Virus record (IMG/VR): IMGVR_UViG_3300028048_000138
Location: 4,739 to 68,738 of that record
Source: a virus
Lineage: Duplodnaviria; Caudoviricetes
DNA length: 64,000 nt
Reading direction: 5' to 3' (one strand)
Below, piece by piece: positions 1-9,591 of this stretch. Positions within the stretch are counted from its first letter, which is position 1. Every line of letters starts with the position of its first letter. The notes beneath the pieces are model-generated. The model worked only from the letters and a program-made list of their open reading frames with translations. It had not been told where the DNA came from and ran no database searches. A program made the position numbers and the translations under genes.

Positions 1-936
1 TCCGAGCTCTCTGAAGAAGAAAAGGCTCAGATGGCTGAAGCTAATGAGAAGGCACTTAGCGCATTCCGTGCAAGAACACAAGTAGATACACCTATATCCG
101 AGGGTTGGATCCCTCTCGATCGTGAAGAGTTCGGTAAGCGCTCGTTGTTTTATCCAGAGGATTGGGAGTTCTCTATCCGCCCGGCAACCGTGCAGGCTAT
201 TAAGAACTGGACATCTATTGATGAAGAAAACGCAGAAGCACTGAATAAGGTCTTTAACGAGATCATCCGTCTCTGTGTGAGAATAGTTGATGGTAGGGGT
301 ACAGTACATACCTGGCAGGAAGTAAACAGCTGGGATAGGTTCTGGCTTATTCTTAAAGTCCGTGAATATACTTTTGTTAAAGGCGAGAGTAAGATTGAAT
401 ATACTGACCAGTGTGAGAACTGTGATGAAGACATTGTCTTCACTCTCAACTCACAGTCACTCACTTATGAGTTTCCTGATGATGACCTGATTGAGAAGTA
501 TTGGGATGGTGAGAAGTGGATTATTGATCCTCGTGAGTACGATGTTGATCATGCTCCTGTGACCCTCTATACCCCTAAGCTCGGTAAAGACCAGATGATT
601 ATCGACTGGGCTATTGCTAGGGCGCGCCAGGGTAAACGTGATATTGATGAGACGTTTATTAAGTTCCTTGTTTGGATGATTAGTAAACCTTCGCGTGATG
701 CAGTTAACTTTGATTCTCAGGTGCGCCAGGCACAGAGTATTTACAAAGGATGGGATATTGAAATGCATGGATTTATGAATGATGTTGTAAATAACATCAC
801 TATTAATCCTTCCGAGAGACTCTCTACCAAGTGTCCTCATTGCGGTGCCGAGGTCACCAGCCAGGTACAGTTTCCTAACGGTGTCAGATCTCTCTTCCAG
901 ACTGAGACGAGGGCTAAGAAGTTCGGAACGAGATAA
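1..936 (+). CDS. Baseplate hub/tail assembly chaperone, T4 gp26-like (5' partial)
   Basis: Frame is open from base 1; two CxxC motifs (CENC, CPHC); followed by a gp51-like ORF as in T4-like phages. Confidence 0.6.
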   Translation, partial: SELSEEEKAQMAEANEKALSAFRARTQVDTPISEGWIPLDREEFGKRSLFYPEDWEFSIRPATVQAIKNWTSIDEENAEALNKVFNEIIRLCVRIVDGRGTVHTWQEVNSWDRFWLILKVREYTFVKGESKIEYTDQCENCDEDIVFTLNSQSLTYEFPDDDLIEKYWDGEKWIIDPREYDVDHAPVTLYTPKLGKDQMIIDWAIARARQGKRDIDETFIKFLVWMISKPSRDAVNFDSQVRQAQSIYKGWDIEMHGFMNDVVNNITINPSERLSTKCPHCGAEVTSQVQFPNGVRSLFQTETRAKKFGTR

Positions 937-1246
937 AATAAGCGAGTCTCACATAGAGTTCGCTTTGTTCTCGTTATGGAGAATTAACATTAAAAATTTA
1001 ATTAATGTAAAAGCATCCATAGCAAAGAACTTTCATATAGCGCCGTCTGAGATTGATAGGATGCCCATGTGGGAATATGAGTTGTTCCTAGCGGAGCTGA
1101 ACGATCAAATCAAGGAAGAGAATAAACAACAACAGACGGAGATGGATAAGTATCATATTGATGATTATCGTAAGATGACCGATCCGAAGAATATATCTAA
1201 GATGAATAATCCGAAGATGCCTAAAATGCCGAATATAAAGTATTAA
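845..1246 (+). CDS. Baseplate hub assembly catalyst, gp51-like (start uncertain)
   Basis: PSEIDRMPMWEYELFL resembles the gp51-type 'EIENMxPWER' motif; no ATG until 1061; candidate starts are GTG 845 and TTG 965. Confidence 0.5.
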   Translation: MPRSPARYSFLTVSDLSSRLRRGLRSSERDKISESHIEFALFSLWRINIKNLINVKASIAKNFHIAPSEIDRMPMWEYELFLAELNDQIKEENKQQQTEMDKYHIDDYRKMTDPKNISKMNNPKMPKMPNIKY

Positions 1247-1270
1247 AAAAAGACCTTAAGGTCTTTTTTT
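1245..1270. terminator. Bidirectional intrinsic terminator
   Basis: Perfect palindrome AAAAAAAGACCTT/AAGGTCTTTTTTT between convergent genes. Confidence 0.85.
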
Positions 1271-1272
1271 TG

Positions 1273-3378
1273 TTATAATTTAATGTATTTATATAATCTA
1301 CCCACATACCTATAAATGTCCGTGGATGAATTATATTCATATAACTCCATATAATCACTTGTATTGTCACACTTAAAGGGGCCCCTTGGAGTCACTAAAA
1401 ATCCAGTTCTCCGATCATTGAGTGTTCCCACACCTACAGAGAAAATAATTGGTTCCCCACCAGATGTATGTAGTTCGAATTTACGTCCGTCCAAATCAAT
1501 ATACCAAAGGTGTTCATCCTTATTAGGTATCGCAGGAAAAATAGTATATATTGTCCCACTAGGCAATGCTGCTGATACAAGTTTTCCAGCCTGATTATAC
1601 TTTCCACAAGCGTGTTCACCATCAAAAATTGTCACAGTTCCTTCTCCTTCTGCATGAGAATAATCACCACCAGCCATAGTGTTAAGTCCCTCCGAATGAG
1701 AGTATTTTCCAACAGAACCCCCACGATATATTGACACCGAACTACCAGACTCAAAATTGTTGAGTGGTTGGTATAAATATAATCGAAATTGAGTTATTCC
1801 ATCTGAATTACTAGATTCTTCATTAAAACAACTAATAATATATGGCTCACCACTTATAAGAATGTAATCATATGGTAAAAAACTAGGGATTGAAACCGGG
1901 GTAGGTTCATTAAAAATCCACTCGTAATCAGAATCCCCAGAATTGTGTGTTAAAGTACCTTCATGTATTAACCAGCTACGATCAACTCCTCCCTCCACAT
2001 GAGAACCTACACCGATAGATACTGTTCCTTCTCCTTCAGTATGAGAATAATCACCATTTGCTATTGTATGATAACCCTCGGCATGCGAAACTAAACCTTT
2101 AGCGTGTGTCTCATAACCTTCTGCATGAGATTGGTCATTAAATGCTTCAGTATCCCAACCTTCTGCATGAGAATAATCTCCTAATGCATTTGTATGATAA
2201 CCCTCGGCATGCGAACCCACACCACGCACTATATTATAACCTATACTTTCCGCATCCTCATACTGTGTAGCAACTCTACCACCAATCACAATTAAGGGGT
2301 CATCGAGATCATCACGCCACGAAGTTCCTTGTGATCTTAGCGCCCCGTCGTTGGCGGCCATCCCTATTTTCATAACACCATCCCCATCCGAACCAAACGC
2401 GCATGTATTATCACTATCATATGCTTTAACAAATAATGATTTAGTATAATCGGCGGAAGGTGTGACATGTTTCATCAAATTAAAAAATGTCTGTTCATCA
2501 AAATTCTGGGTTACTACCATTTTATTACTATCTCCAACCCACGCTTCAAAACTATCGTCATTTACTTTATGAATATTGCTTATCCAATATTCACTAATAT
2601 CTCCATCTTTTATAACTATACATGAATCGCCATTTTTCCCTTCAAAATTGTCCCAATCATTTCTCCATGAAGTAGATGTTGAATCAGCATTCATGTAATA
2701 TGTTAATCCGGCATTTCCACCCGATACACTCGAATCGGAGTTTATTCTCACTAACCAAAACCTACCATCCTTACCAGAAGGACCAACCGGACCTTGCGCA
2801 GGGATATCTGTTTTATTACCGTTTATCTTCCAGTAAAATCCTCCTACACCTTCAACTGTTTTATAATACAAAGTAGGGAAAGGTTGAGAGTAACTCCAAG
2901 TGGTTGATGTAATGACGCTCCCAGAGTTTTCAATTCCAGCCAACACAAGCATACCGGAGAGGTCGACAGCTCCATGATCAACACTATCAAGATCTGTAAA
3001 TCTCTCATCTATAAATACTATAGGATAACTGTTTTCCCAAGGTTCGTCTGTATCAGGCAAATCACTATTTACTCTTCCTACTGTTATAGGCATACTTGAA
3101 CCTTTTAACTGATTGATTAAAGCGTTAACATCTGCGGCTACCCCTGTATCTCCTATAGCTGTTATTATACCGTCAACATACTTATTATCATCCCCGTCGA
3201 GTAATGAAGACAATGCGATTGAATCAAACTTCCAGCCATCACCAGCAGGACCCTCAGAGAATCCTTTACTTCCAATAACACCGAAGTTTTTATTGATATT
3301 GTCAAATGTTGTTTTTATATTTGCGCCATAATTCTCGCCTAAATCAGGTGCATATATTTTAGTTAATATTTCCGCCAT
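1273..3378 (-). CDS. Tail fibre/adhesin-like protein with 14-aa SHAEG repeats
   Basis: Short collagen-like GPVGPSGKDG; eight to nine 14-aa xxSH(A/T/S)EGxxT repeats of the YadA-head/autotransporter-adhesin type. Confidence 0.6.
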   Translation of the reverse strand: MAEILTKIYAPDLGENYGANIKTTFDNINKNFGVIGSKGFSEGPAGDGWKFDSIALSSLLDGDDNKYVDGIITAIGDTGVAADVNALINQLKGSSMPITVGRVNSDLPDTDEPWENSYPIVFIDERFTDLDSVDHGAVDLSGMLVLAGIENSGSVITSTTWSYSQPFPTLYYKTVEGVGGFYWKINGNKTDIPAQGPVGPSGKDGRFWLVRINSDSSVSGGNAGLTYYMNADSTSTSWRNDWDNFEGKNGDSCIVIKDGDISEYWISNIHKVNDDSFEAWVGDSNKMVVTQNFDEQTFFNLMKHVTPSADYTKSLFVKAYDSDNTCAFGSDGDGVMKIGMAANDGALRSQGTSWRDDLDDPLIVIGGRVATQYEDAESIGYNIVRGVGSHAEGYHTNALGDYSHAEGWDTEAFNDQSHAEGYETHAKGLVSHAEGYHTIANGDYSHTEGEGTVSIGVGSHVEGGVDRSWLIHEGTLTHNSGDSDYEWIFNEPTPVSIPSFLPYDYILISGEPYIISCFNEESSNSDGITQFRLYLYQPLNNFESGSSVSIYRGGSVGKYSHSEGLNTMAGGDYSHAEGEGTVTIFDGEHACGKYNQAGKLVSAALPSGTIYTIFPAIPNKDEHLWYIDLDGRKFELHTSGGEPIIFSVGVGTLNDRRTGFLVTPRGPFKCDNTSDYMELYEYNSSTDIYRYVGRLYKYIKL

Positions 3379-3379
3379 A

Positions 3380-5515
3380 TTATAATAAATTCATTTTTAT
3401 ATCATAAATAATAGTATCTTCATCCCCATGTTCGTAATTAATCACGGTGTCATACTTACTATAAATGTAATCAATCTTATTGGTGTCAGATATATTATAT
3501 ATTTCTCCCAATTTTTCTTTTACAACAGGTAACCAAGGTTCGTCTGCTTCCACTTCAACAGTAAAGTTAATGTATGTAAGTAGATTAATAATATACCCTT
3601 CATCACCCCATACTTGATCATAACCACCAGGAGAGTCAGCTATTTCTACTATACTATCACAATCTTCATTTATATTAAATTTAATATTTTGATTATGACT
3701 GTCCCCCGATATTGTAGATATGGTCAATGTTCCCGACGAACGAACTGGGAAAGTAATATGATTAGATGATTTAAAGAAATCCCATTCGTTTTCAGTGTTA
3801 ATCGCACCATATATCTCCGTACCAAAATTAATACTCAACCCTGCAACATTCGCCTTAACAATAACATCGTATATATATTGCAATAGGTTTTTCAAATCCT
3901 CATACTCTGATAGAGAGGTGTTGGATATTAAATTAGGTAATAATAAGTCATCTATCTTTTTGAAATAAATAATATAATTTTTATCAGACGGGGATTCCAT
4001 ACGAATATCACCCGAAAATATATAATTCGGATAATATACTAATAGTAATTTAATATCCTCTACTGTTTTCTCATCATCACTCATTGCAGTGTCATTCCAG
4101 TAAGACTTTACACCCCCGAGAGTTATTCCCCATCTATCAAACACATCACTTGTGTAGTTTTGTAAAGTAGACATGGCATTCCCACTAATATATACAATCT
4201 TTCCTGGTTGCACCCACCCGAGTGAGTTACAACTATCTATATAAGTTTTTCTTGAAACATCACATGCATACTCGTTAGAAAAGTTATCGTAGTATTCTTT
4301 ATATTCATATTTATCATTATCGTTTACTTCCAGGGCCCCGTTACTACCAATAACAGGAGCTTGTAGGATACCACGATATCCGTTATATATATTAAATGTC
4401 TTGTTAGTCCCAAGATAATTCCAATGAAGGACGTCTTGTGTTAGTTTATTCAATCCGTAAAACTCGGGATAGTCATAGTCTTTTAGATAATCCAATACGT
4501 TTTTTGATAATGGATCCCCATTAACCTCCCACATATCTTCATCAGAGGGAACATCGAGAATTTGTTCATTATAATCAATCCTCACCTTACTGAGAGGAAT
4601 AAAGTTATTTACAACGTATTTATTAATATCAGTGTAATTAGTAAATATATCTTTTCTCTCAAGTACCTCATTCCCCATACTCACCGTCATATCAATATAT
4701 AGGGGGTTGGCAACCACATTATGTATTATATATGAGCTAACTATGTCTTCAAGATTAAAACAGAAGTTAAAGTTAAAGAGTTGTGAAGTAACGAGATGAT
4801 AATTTTTAAACAATTCAGATAACATATTATCCGTTTCTATAAGAGGTCTCTCAAACATGGTAAGGTTATCAATAACATAATTAAGTTCTATATCATCAGA
4901 GAGCTCACCGCTTTCTACGTTCACTCCACTGATTTTAAAGACCTTATTTTCGAAATCAACATACATAACCTTATCATTACCAATAACTTCATCTTCTGGT
5001 TTATATGTTAAATGAATCTTATCTATCCAATCTCCAAAATATGATAAAAACTTATTATGGAATCCTCCATTATCATTTGGCCTAAACACTACTGATTTAC
5101 TACCAACTTGTGTTTTATGTTCCTTATCAAGGTAAGTATTAAATGTAAACTTTAATTTTCCATCAATCTTATCCAACCACACGGGACAGAGATATTCAAA
5201 TTGTTTTTTATAATTAGAATATGACTCCCGACGCCTTGGACCTGCGTATCTAGATATATCGTAATTTGATTGATTATCAATGAAATAATCAGTATTCCAA
5301 AAATATCCTTCTATTTCTTTATAGAATGTCTTAAGGTTATACCCATGACTATTATTAATTAAATAATTCATCTGGATATTATAAGGGACAACTGGAGAAA
5401 GAGGACTGAGATGAAAATCTTGAATTACTAAATCGTCATCTTCCTTACCTATTATTATATCCCATTTACATTGCCCCCCTAAATAGACACTCGTGTTATT
5501 TAATTGAAGATTCAT
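3380..5515 (-). CDS. Hypothetical protein, probably virion-associated
   Basis: Long ORF; ATG 5515 follows the late-type motif at the standard 4-nt spacing. Confidence 0.5.
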   Translation of the reverse strand: MNLQLNNTSVYLGGQCKWDIIIGKEDDDLVIQDFHLSPLSPVVPYNIQMNYLINNSHGYNLKTFYKEIEGYFWNTDYFIDNQSNYDISRYAGPRRRESYSNYKKQFEYLCPVWLDKIDGKLKFTFNTYLDKEHKTQVGSKSVVFRPNDNGGFHNKFLSYFGDWIDKIHLTYKPEDEVIGNDKVMYVDFENKVFKISGVNVESGELSDDIELNYVIDNLTMFERPLIETDNMLSELFKNYHLVTSQLFNFNFCFNLEDIVSSYIIHNVVANPLYIDMTVSMGNEVLERKDIFTNYTDINKYVVNNFIPLSKVRIDYNEQILDVPSDEDMWEVNGDPLSKNVLDYLKDYDYPEFYGLNKLTQDVLHWNYLGTNKTFNIYNGYRGILQAPVIGSNGALEVNDNDKYEYKEYYDNFSNEYACDVSRKTYIDSCNSLGWVQPGKIVYISGNAMSTLQNYTSDVFDRWGITLGGVKSYWNDTAMSDDEKTVEDIKLLLVYYPNYIFSGDIRMESPSDKNYIIYFKKIDDLLLPNLISNTSLSEYEDLKNLLQYIYDVIVKANVAGLSINFGTEIYGAINTENEWDFFKSSNHITFPVRSSGTLTISTISGDSHNQNIKFNINEDCDSIVEIADSPGGYDQVWGDEGYIINLLTYINFTVEVEADEPWLPVVKEKLGEIYNISDTNKIDYIYSKYDTVINYEHGDEDTIIYDIKMNLL

Positions 5516-5519
5516 GACT

Positions 5520-5555
5520 AAATAATAATTGTAATACACAAGTTTCTTATTATTT
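5520..5555. promoter_or_regulatory. Back-to-back pair of late-type TTATTATTT motifs
   Basis: TTATTATTT on minus (5520-5528) and plus (5547-5555), each 4 nt before an ATG. Confidence 0.6.
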
Positions 5556-5559
5556 ATGT

Positions 5560-6120
5560 ATGACGAAAATTCCTGTAAATATTGTGATAGGTAGATTTCA
5601 ACCGTTCACCGATGGTCATATGCGTTGTGTACTCGCTGCTAAGAAACAGTTAGGAATAAATACTGTGATATGTCTTATTGATACTCCAGATAATAAAGTA
5701 GATAAAAGACACCCGTTTCCATCATCCTTGTTACTTCCCATATATAAAGATTTGTGTAATGATTATAACTCCATTTTAGATGTGGTGTTGGTTAAGAATG
5801 CCGATATAGTAAAAATAGGAGAGATACTTAACGATAAATACATTATTAAATCTTGGACATGCGGAACAGATAGGATTGATACATATCAGAAGATGTCAGA
5901 GAAATATAAAGAACAAGCAGGACTAGCAGATGACTTTCAGATGATAGAAGTTCCTCGAGGAGATGAAGATGTATCTGCCACTAAAGTTAGAAAGGCGCTT
6001 CTTGATGGGGATAAGAGAACATTCGAAAAACTTACACCATACGATACTCTTCGGTCTGTTATGAAAGAACCCGACAAGATATATAATTTACTTCGCGAGC
6101 AAATACTGAAAATTAATTAA
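5560..6120 (+). CDS. HIGH-class nucleotidyltransferase (cytidyltransferase-like)
   Basis: GRFQPFTDGH (HxGH variant), GTDR and VSATKVRKA motifs. Confidence 0.75.
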   Translation: MTKIPVNIVIGRFQPFTDGHMRCVLAAKKQLGINTVICLIDTPDNKVDKRHPFPSSLLLPIYKDLCNDYNSILDVVLVKNADIVKIGEILNDKYIIKSWTCGTDRIDTYQKMSEKYKEQAGLADDFQMIEVPRGDEDVSATKVRKALLDGDKRTFEKLTPYDTLRSVMKEPDKIYNLLREQILKIN

Positions 6121-6187
6121 ACCGTCATTTTTTTAAATTAAATTTTTTCAAAAAATTATTATTTGAATAAATTAAGTAAAAGTATAC

Positions 6188-7651
6188 ATGAAACAAAGTT
6201 TTATTTACGAAACCCTTAATGATGCCAAAACAATGTCCATCTCTAAAAATGAGAATGGTCTGATGACCTTAAGTGGTGTTTTTGGTGTTTGTGGTGTACG
6301 TAACAACAACTCCAGAGTTTACGAGACATCTAACTATAAGAAGATGGTTGACGAGATGAAAGAGCGTATTAAAGTGGATGGTGGTATCCCTGGTGAACTT
6401 GAACATCCTCAGTATATGAATATCACTCTGGAAAACATCTCACATAAGATTACTAATATTGACATTGATGAAAAAGGTGTGGTAAGTGGTACTATTACCC
6501 TTCTTAACACCCCAAAGGGTAAGATTGCACAAAGTATTGTTGAAGGCGGTCTTCCTCTTTTCATTTCATCTCGCGCTATGGGTAATGTAGATCCTAAGAC
6601 CGGTGCAGTGACACTTGAAAAGATATCTACATATGACCTTGTCGGTACTCCTGGTTTCTCACAGGCAAGACTTCACCTTAATGAGAGTCAGATGGTTGAT
6701 TTCGAAAACAAGATGAATACCGAAGGAAGCGCAGAAGTTGGTAATGATATTTACACTCAAATCTCCGAGTCAAATATTTACTACGTGACTGAAAAAGAAA
6801 ATAACGAAAATAAAATAGAAGAAAATAATATGGAAATGAATGAGATTCTCGAGAAACTCCAGGCACTCGAGACCAAAGTTGCAGATCTCGAAAAAGAGAA
6901 TGCAGAGTTAAAGGAGTCTGTTGAGAATACTCCTAAGTTTGATTTAGAAAAGATCGCTGAAGGCATCCAGGGTTGGTGTATTAATGAGTTCGCTCCTCAA
7001 ATCGCCGGTTGGATCACCGAAGAGTTCGCTCCTGAGTATAAGGAAGAAATGGTTTCTGAAGCTATGGATTCCTTCAAGGATTACCTCCTCAACGAGGCCG
7101 CTCCTAAGATCCAGACCTGGGTCGTTGAAGAGTTCGGTGGTGAGGTTGAGAAGTGGGCTACCACAGAGTTTGCACAGGGTATCCAGAGCTGGATCGTTGA
7201 AGAGTATGCTCCGGCAACACAGAACTGGCTCACCGAACACTACGCACCTAAGGTGGAAGAACAGATCGCTAACGCAGTATCTGAGTCTAAGAAGAATAGT
7301 CTTTCATCTATCGATGATACACTGAAGCTCCTTGAAGGTATCGAAGTAAGCAAGCCTATCTTCCAAAGCGCTAAGTCCGTTAATGAAGATGCTCCTAAGT
7401 ATATTAAAGAGATGCCTGAAGCAGTACGTCCTCTTTATGAGAGCGCAAGCGATGAGATGAAAGAATCTATCAACCGTCGTGCAAAACTCTATAACTTCGC
7501 AAATGAAGGTTCTATTCAGAGATTCTGGGAAAGCATTGATTTCAATAGCACTCCTACAGTGAAGAACGTTTACGAAGGACTTGATCAGATTACTGATCAG
7601 AGAGAAAGGGCTATCCGCGCCGCCTTCCGTTCTTGGAGAAGTGCACGTTAA
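6188..7651 (+). CDS. Prohead core protease (T4 gp21-like) with scaffold-like C-terminal extension
   Basis: GELEHP, ISSRAMG and TYDLVGTP motifs; acidic helical C-terminal half with 12-aa repeats. Confidence 0.85.
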   Translation: MKQSFIYETLNDAKTMSISKNENGLMTLSGVFGVCGVRNNNSRVYETSNYKKMVDEMKERIKVDGGIPGELEHPQYMNITLENISHKITNIDIDEKGVVSGTITLLNTPKGKIAQSIVEGGLPLFISSRAMGNVDPKTGAVTLEKISTYDLVGTPGFSQARLHLNESQMVDFENKMNTEGSAEVGNDIYTQISESNIYYVTEKENNENKIEENNMEMNEILEKLQALETKVADLEKENAELKESVENTPKFDLEKIAEGIQGWCINEFAPQIAGWITEEFAPEYKEEMVSEAMDSFKDYLLNEAAPKIQTWVVEEFGGEVEKWATTEFAQGIQSWIVEEYAPATQNWLTEHYAPKVEEQIANAVSESKKNSLSSIDDTLKLLEGIEVSKPIFQSAKSVNEDAPKYIKEMPEAVRPLYESASDEMKESINRRAKLYNFANEGSIQRFWESIDFNSTPTVKNVYEGLDQITDQRERAIRAAFRSWRSAR

Positions 7652-7672
7652 TCAAACGTCACATATTGTATG

Positions 7673-7703
7673 AAAAAGAGATCCGTGAGGATCTCTTTTT
7701 TTT
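7673..7703 (+). terminator. Intrinsic terminator
   Basis: AAAAAGAGATCC-gtga-GGATCTCTTTTT plus T-tract after the protease gene. Confidence 0.85.
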
Positions 7704-7736
7704 GATCAAGTTGGGTTTAAGTGTGATTATTTAATC

Positions 7737-8186
7737 ATGTTTCAATCATTAATACTTAATAACAAAACAATGTTTCATTCAGACTTCCTGGACGAAGATA
7801 TGTGGAATCTTTTAGATACTACTTATCAAATGCCGGATAATTTTGATTTTATCATTTATGAAGTCGCTGAAGAAAAATATATAGGTAGACCCGATCTAGT
7901 ATCATTAGATTACTATGGAGATGCTATGTATGCCGATGTGATATGTAAACTTAACGGTATATCTAATCCATTTGAACTTAATGTAGGTATGCTTTTAGCC
8001 CTTCCTGCTCATAAAGATATAAATAATTTCATAACAACACCATCATTAGAAGATAGGGAGCTGGATGTAGAAAATCAAAACAAACCTAAACCAAAAACAA
8101 AGAACGAAAAGAGAAAACCCAATGAAGCAATTGTTGGAAATAAGAGATTTAAGATTGATCCTGCTGCTGGTATAATAATGTATTAA
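7737..8186 (+). CDS. Baseplate wedge subunit, gp53/LysM-like
   Basis: RPDLVSLDYYGD...ICKLNGISNPF pattern. Confidence 0.7.
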   Translation: MFQSLILNNKTMFHSDFLDEDMWNLLDTTYQMPDNFDFIIYEVAEEKYIGRPDLVSLDYYGDAMYADVICKLNGISNPFELNVGMLLALPAHKDINNFITTPSLEDRELDVENQNKPKPKTKNEKRKPNEAIVGNKRFKIDPAAGIIMY

Positions 8187-8190
8187 TGAT

Positions 8191-9591
8191 ATGGCTGATA
8201 TAGTAGTTAAATTTGACCCTACACTTAAACAATCCGATATCGTAGTGCGTATGAGTAATAACGTTAGCGTCGACGAGGTCGGAGAGGAGAATCATCCTAA
8301 AAATGTAACGGATCTTCAACAAACAGCCATCTATGGTGTGCAATGTCCTATCATAGCCATTAACGATGTGGTGATTCAGTATGAGGATATCATTAATTTT
8401 GAACTAAATGATACCGGGGTCGCACCATCATGTTCGGCTACCGTAATTGATAGACAAAATCTTATATCTGAATTAAATACTCCACAATCAGATAATGAAA
8501 TGAGAGTGCAAATACTTCCTCCTTTCGAAGATGTGTATAAAAAAATTGATCTTACATTTTATATATCATCGTTTAATATGATGGGGGATAATATGATATC
8601 AGTAAACGGAACATATAAAAATCCGAAGTTATCTGCGTCACAATTTAAATCGCTTGGAAAAATTAGTACATATGAGATGTTTGAAACCATTGCAAAAGAA
8701 ACAGAACTTGGGTTTGCATCTAATATAGAAAACGGTGAGGATAAACGTTATATGTATTGTAACTTTATATCATATAATGATTTAATAGAAAGAGAACTCC
8801 CAAAAGCTGATGGAGAATGTATGTATGGCTGGTGGATTGATTGTTGGAATTATTTAAATTTTGTTGATGTGAAAGATAGATATGAAACAATTATTCCGAA
8901 AGATGATTTAAAGTTATGGATAACGGGGCTTGCAGATGGTGCAGTACAAGGGGAAGTTAAAGATCCTATAGAGGTTCCAGCTGAATTAACGACACTCTTT
9001 GGTACGGAAGAAAGTCAATTACATGTGTTTGATTATAGGCATAACTCTGATCCAGGAACCAATATGAGTGGAACAGACACGGTTTATTCAATATATAACC
9101 AAGAAAATCATGAATATAAAGATGTATATTTAGGTAATAAAGATGTAGAAAAAGATATATTTACCAACTATCAATATCTAGGGGAAGTATATGGCGAATA
9201 TGATTATATGTTACCTCCAGTAAAACGAGAAGCGTATTTTCGTAAGATGTCTTTAAATCGACTCGAAGTTGATTTAGGATTTCCTTTATTAGGAATTCAA
9301 AGAGGGGGAAAAGTGAATTTTAGTGATTATTATGTTGATGGACAAAGATCTGATATGAAGAAAGATCTTATTGCAAGTGGTGTATATGACGATAATGCTA
9401 AGACAAATGTCCAATTTGAAGAGATAAACCCTGGAACTAATGATTTATTTGAACTCAATAAATCTGTATCAGGACAATATATGGTACAAGGGAATATATA
9501 TAGTTTTTCCAATAGAAGATGGAAACAAACATGTATATTAGTTATGCCGATTGAACAACAACCGAAATTATTAAAGAAAGACGAAGAATAA
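8191..9591 (+). CDS. Putative baseplate hub protein (gp27/late-control-D-like)
   Basis: Size, position after the gp53-like gene and C-terminal SGQYMVQG strand. Confidence 0.45.
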   Translation: MADIVVKFDPTLKQSDIVVRMSNNVSVDEVGEENHPKNVTDLQQTAIYGVQCPIIAINDVVIQYEDIINFELNDTGVAPSCSATVIDRQNLISELNTPQSDNEMRVQILPPFEDVYKKIDLTFYISSFNMMGDNMISVNGTYKNPKLSASQFKSLGKISTYEMFETIAKETELGFASNIENGEDKRYMYCNFISYNDLIERELPKADGECMYGWWIDCWNYLNFVDVKDRYETIIPKDDLKLWITGLADGAVQGEVKDPIEVPAELTTLFGTEESQLHVFDYRHNSDPGTNMSGTDTVYSIYNQENHEYKDVYLGNKDVEKDIFTNYQYLGEVYGEYDYMLPPVKREAYFRKMSLNRLEVDLGFPLLGIQRGGKVNFSDYYVDGQRSDMKKDLIASGVYDDNAKTNVQFEEINPGTNDLFELNKSVSGQYMVQGNIYSFSNRRWKQTCILVMPIEQQPKLLKKDEE

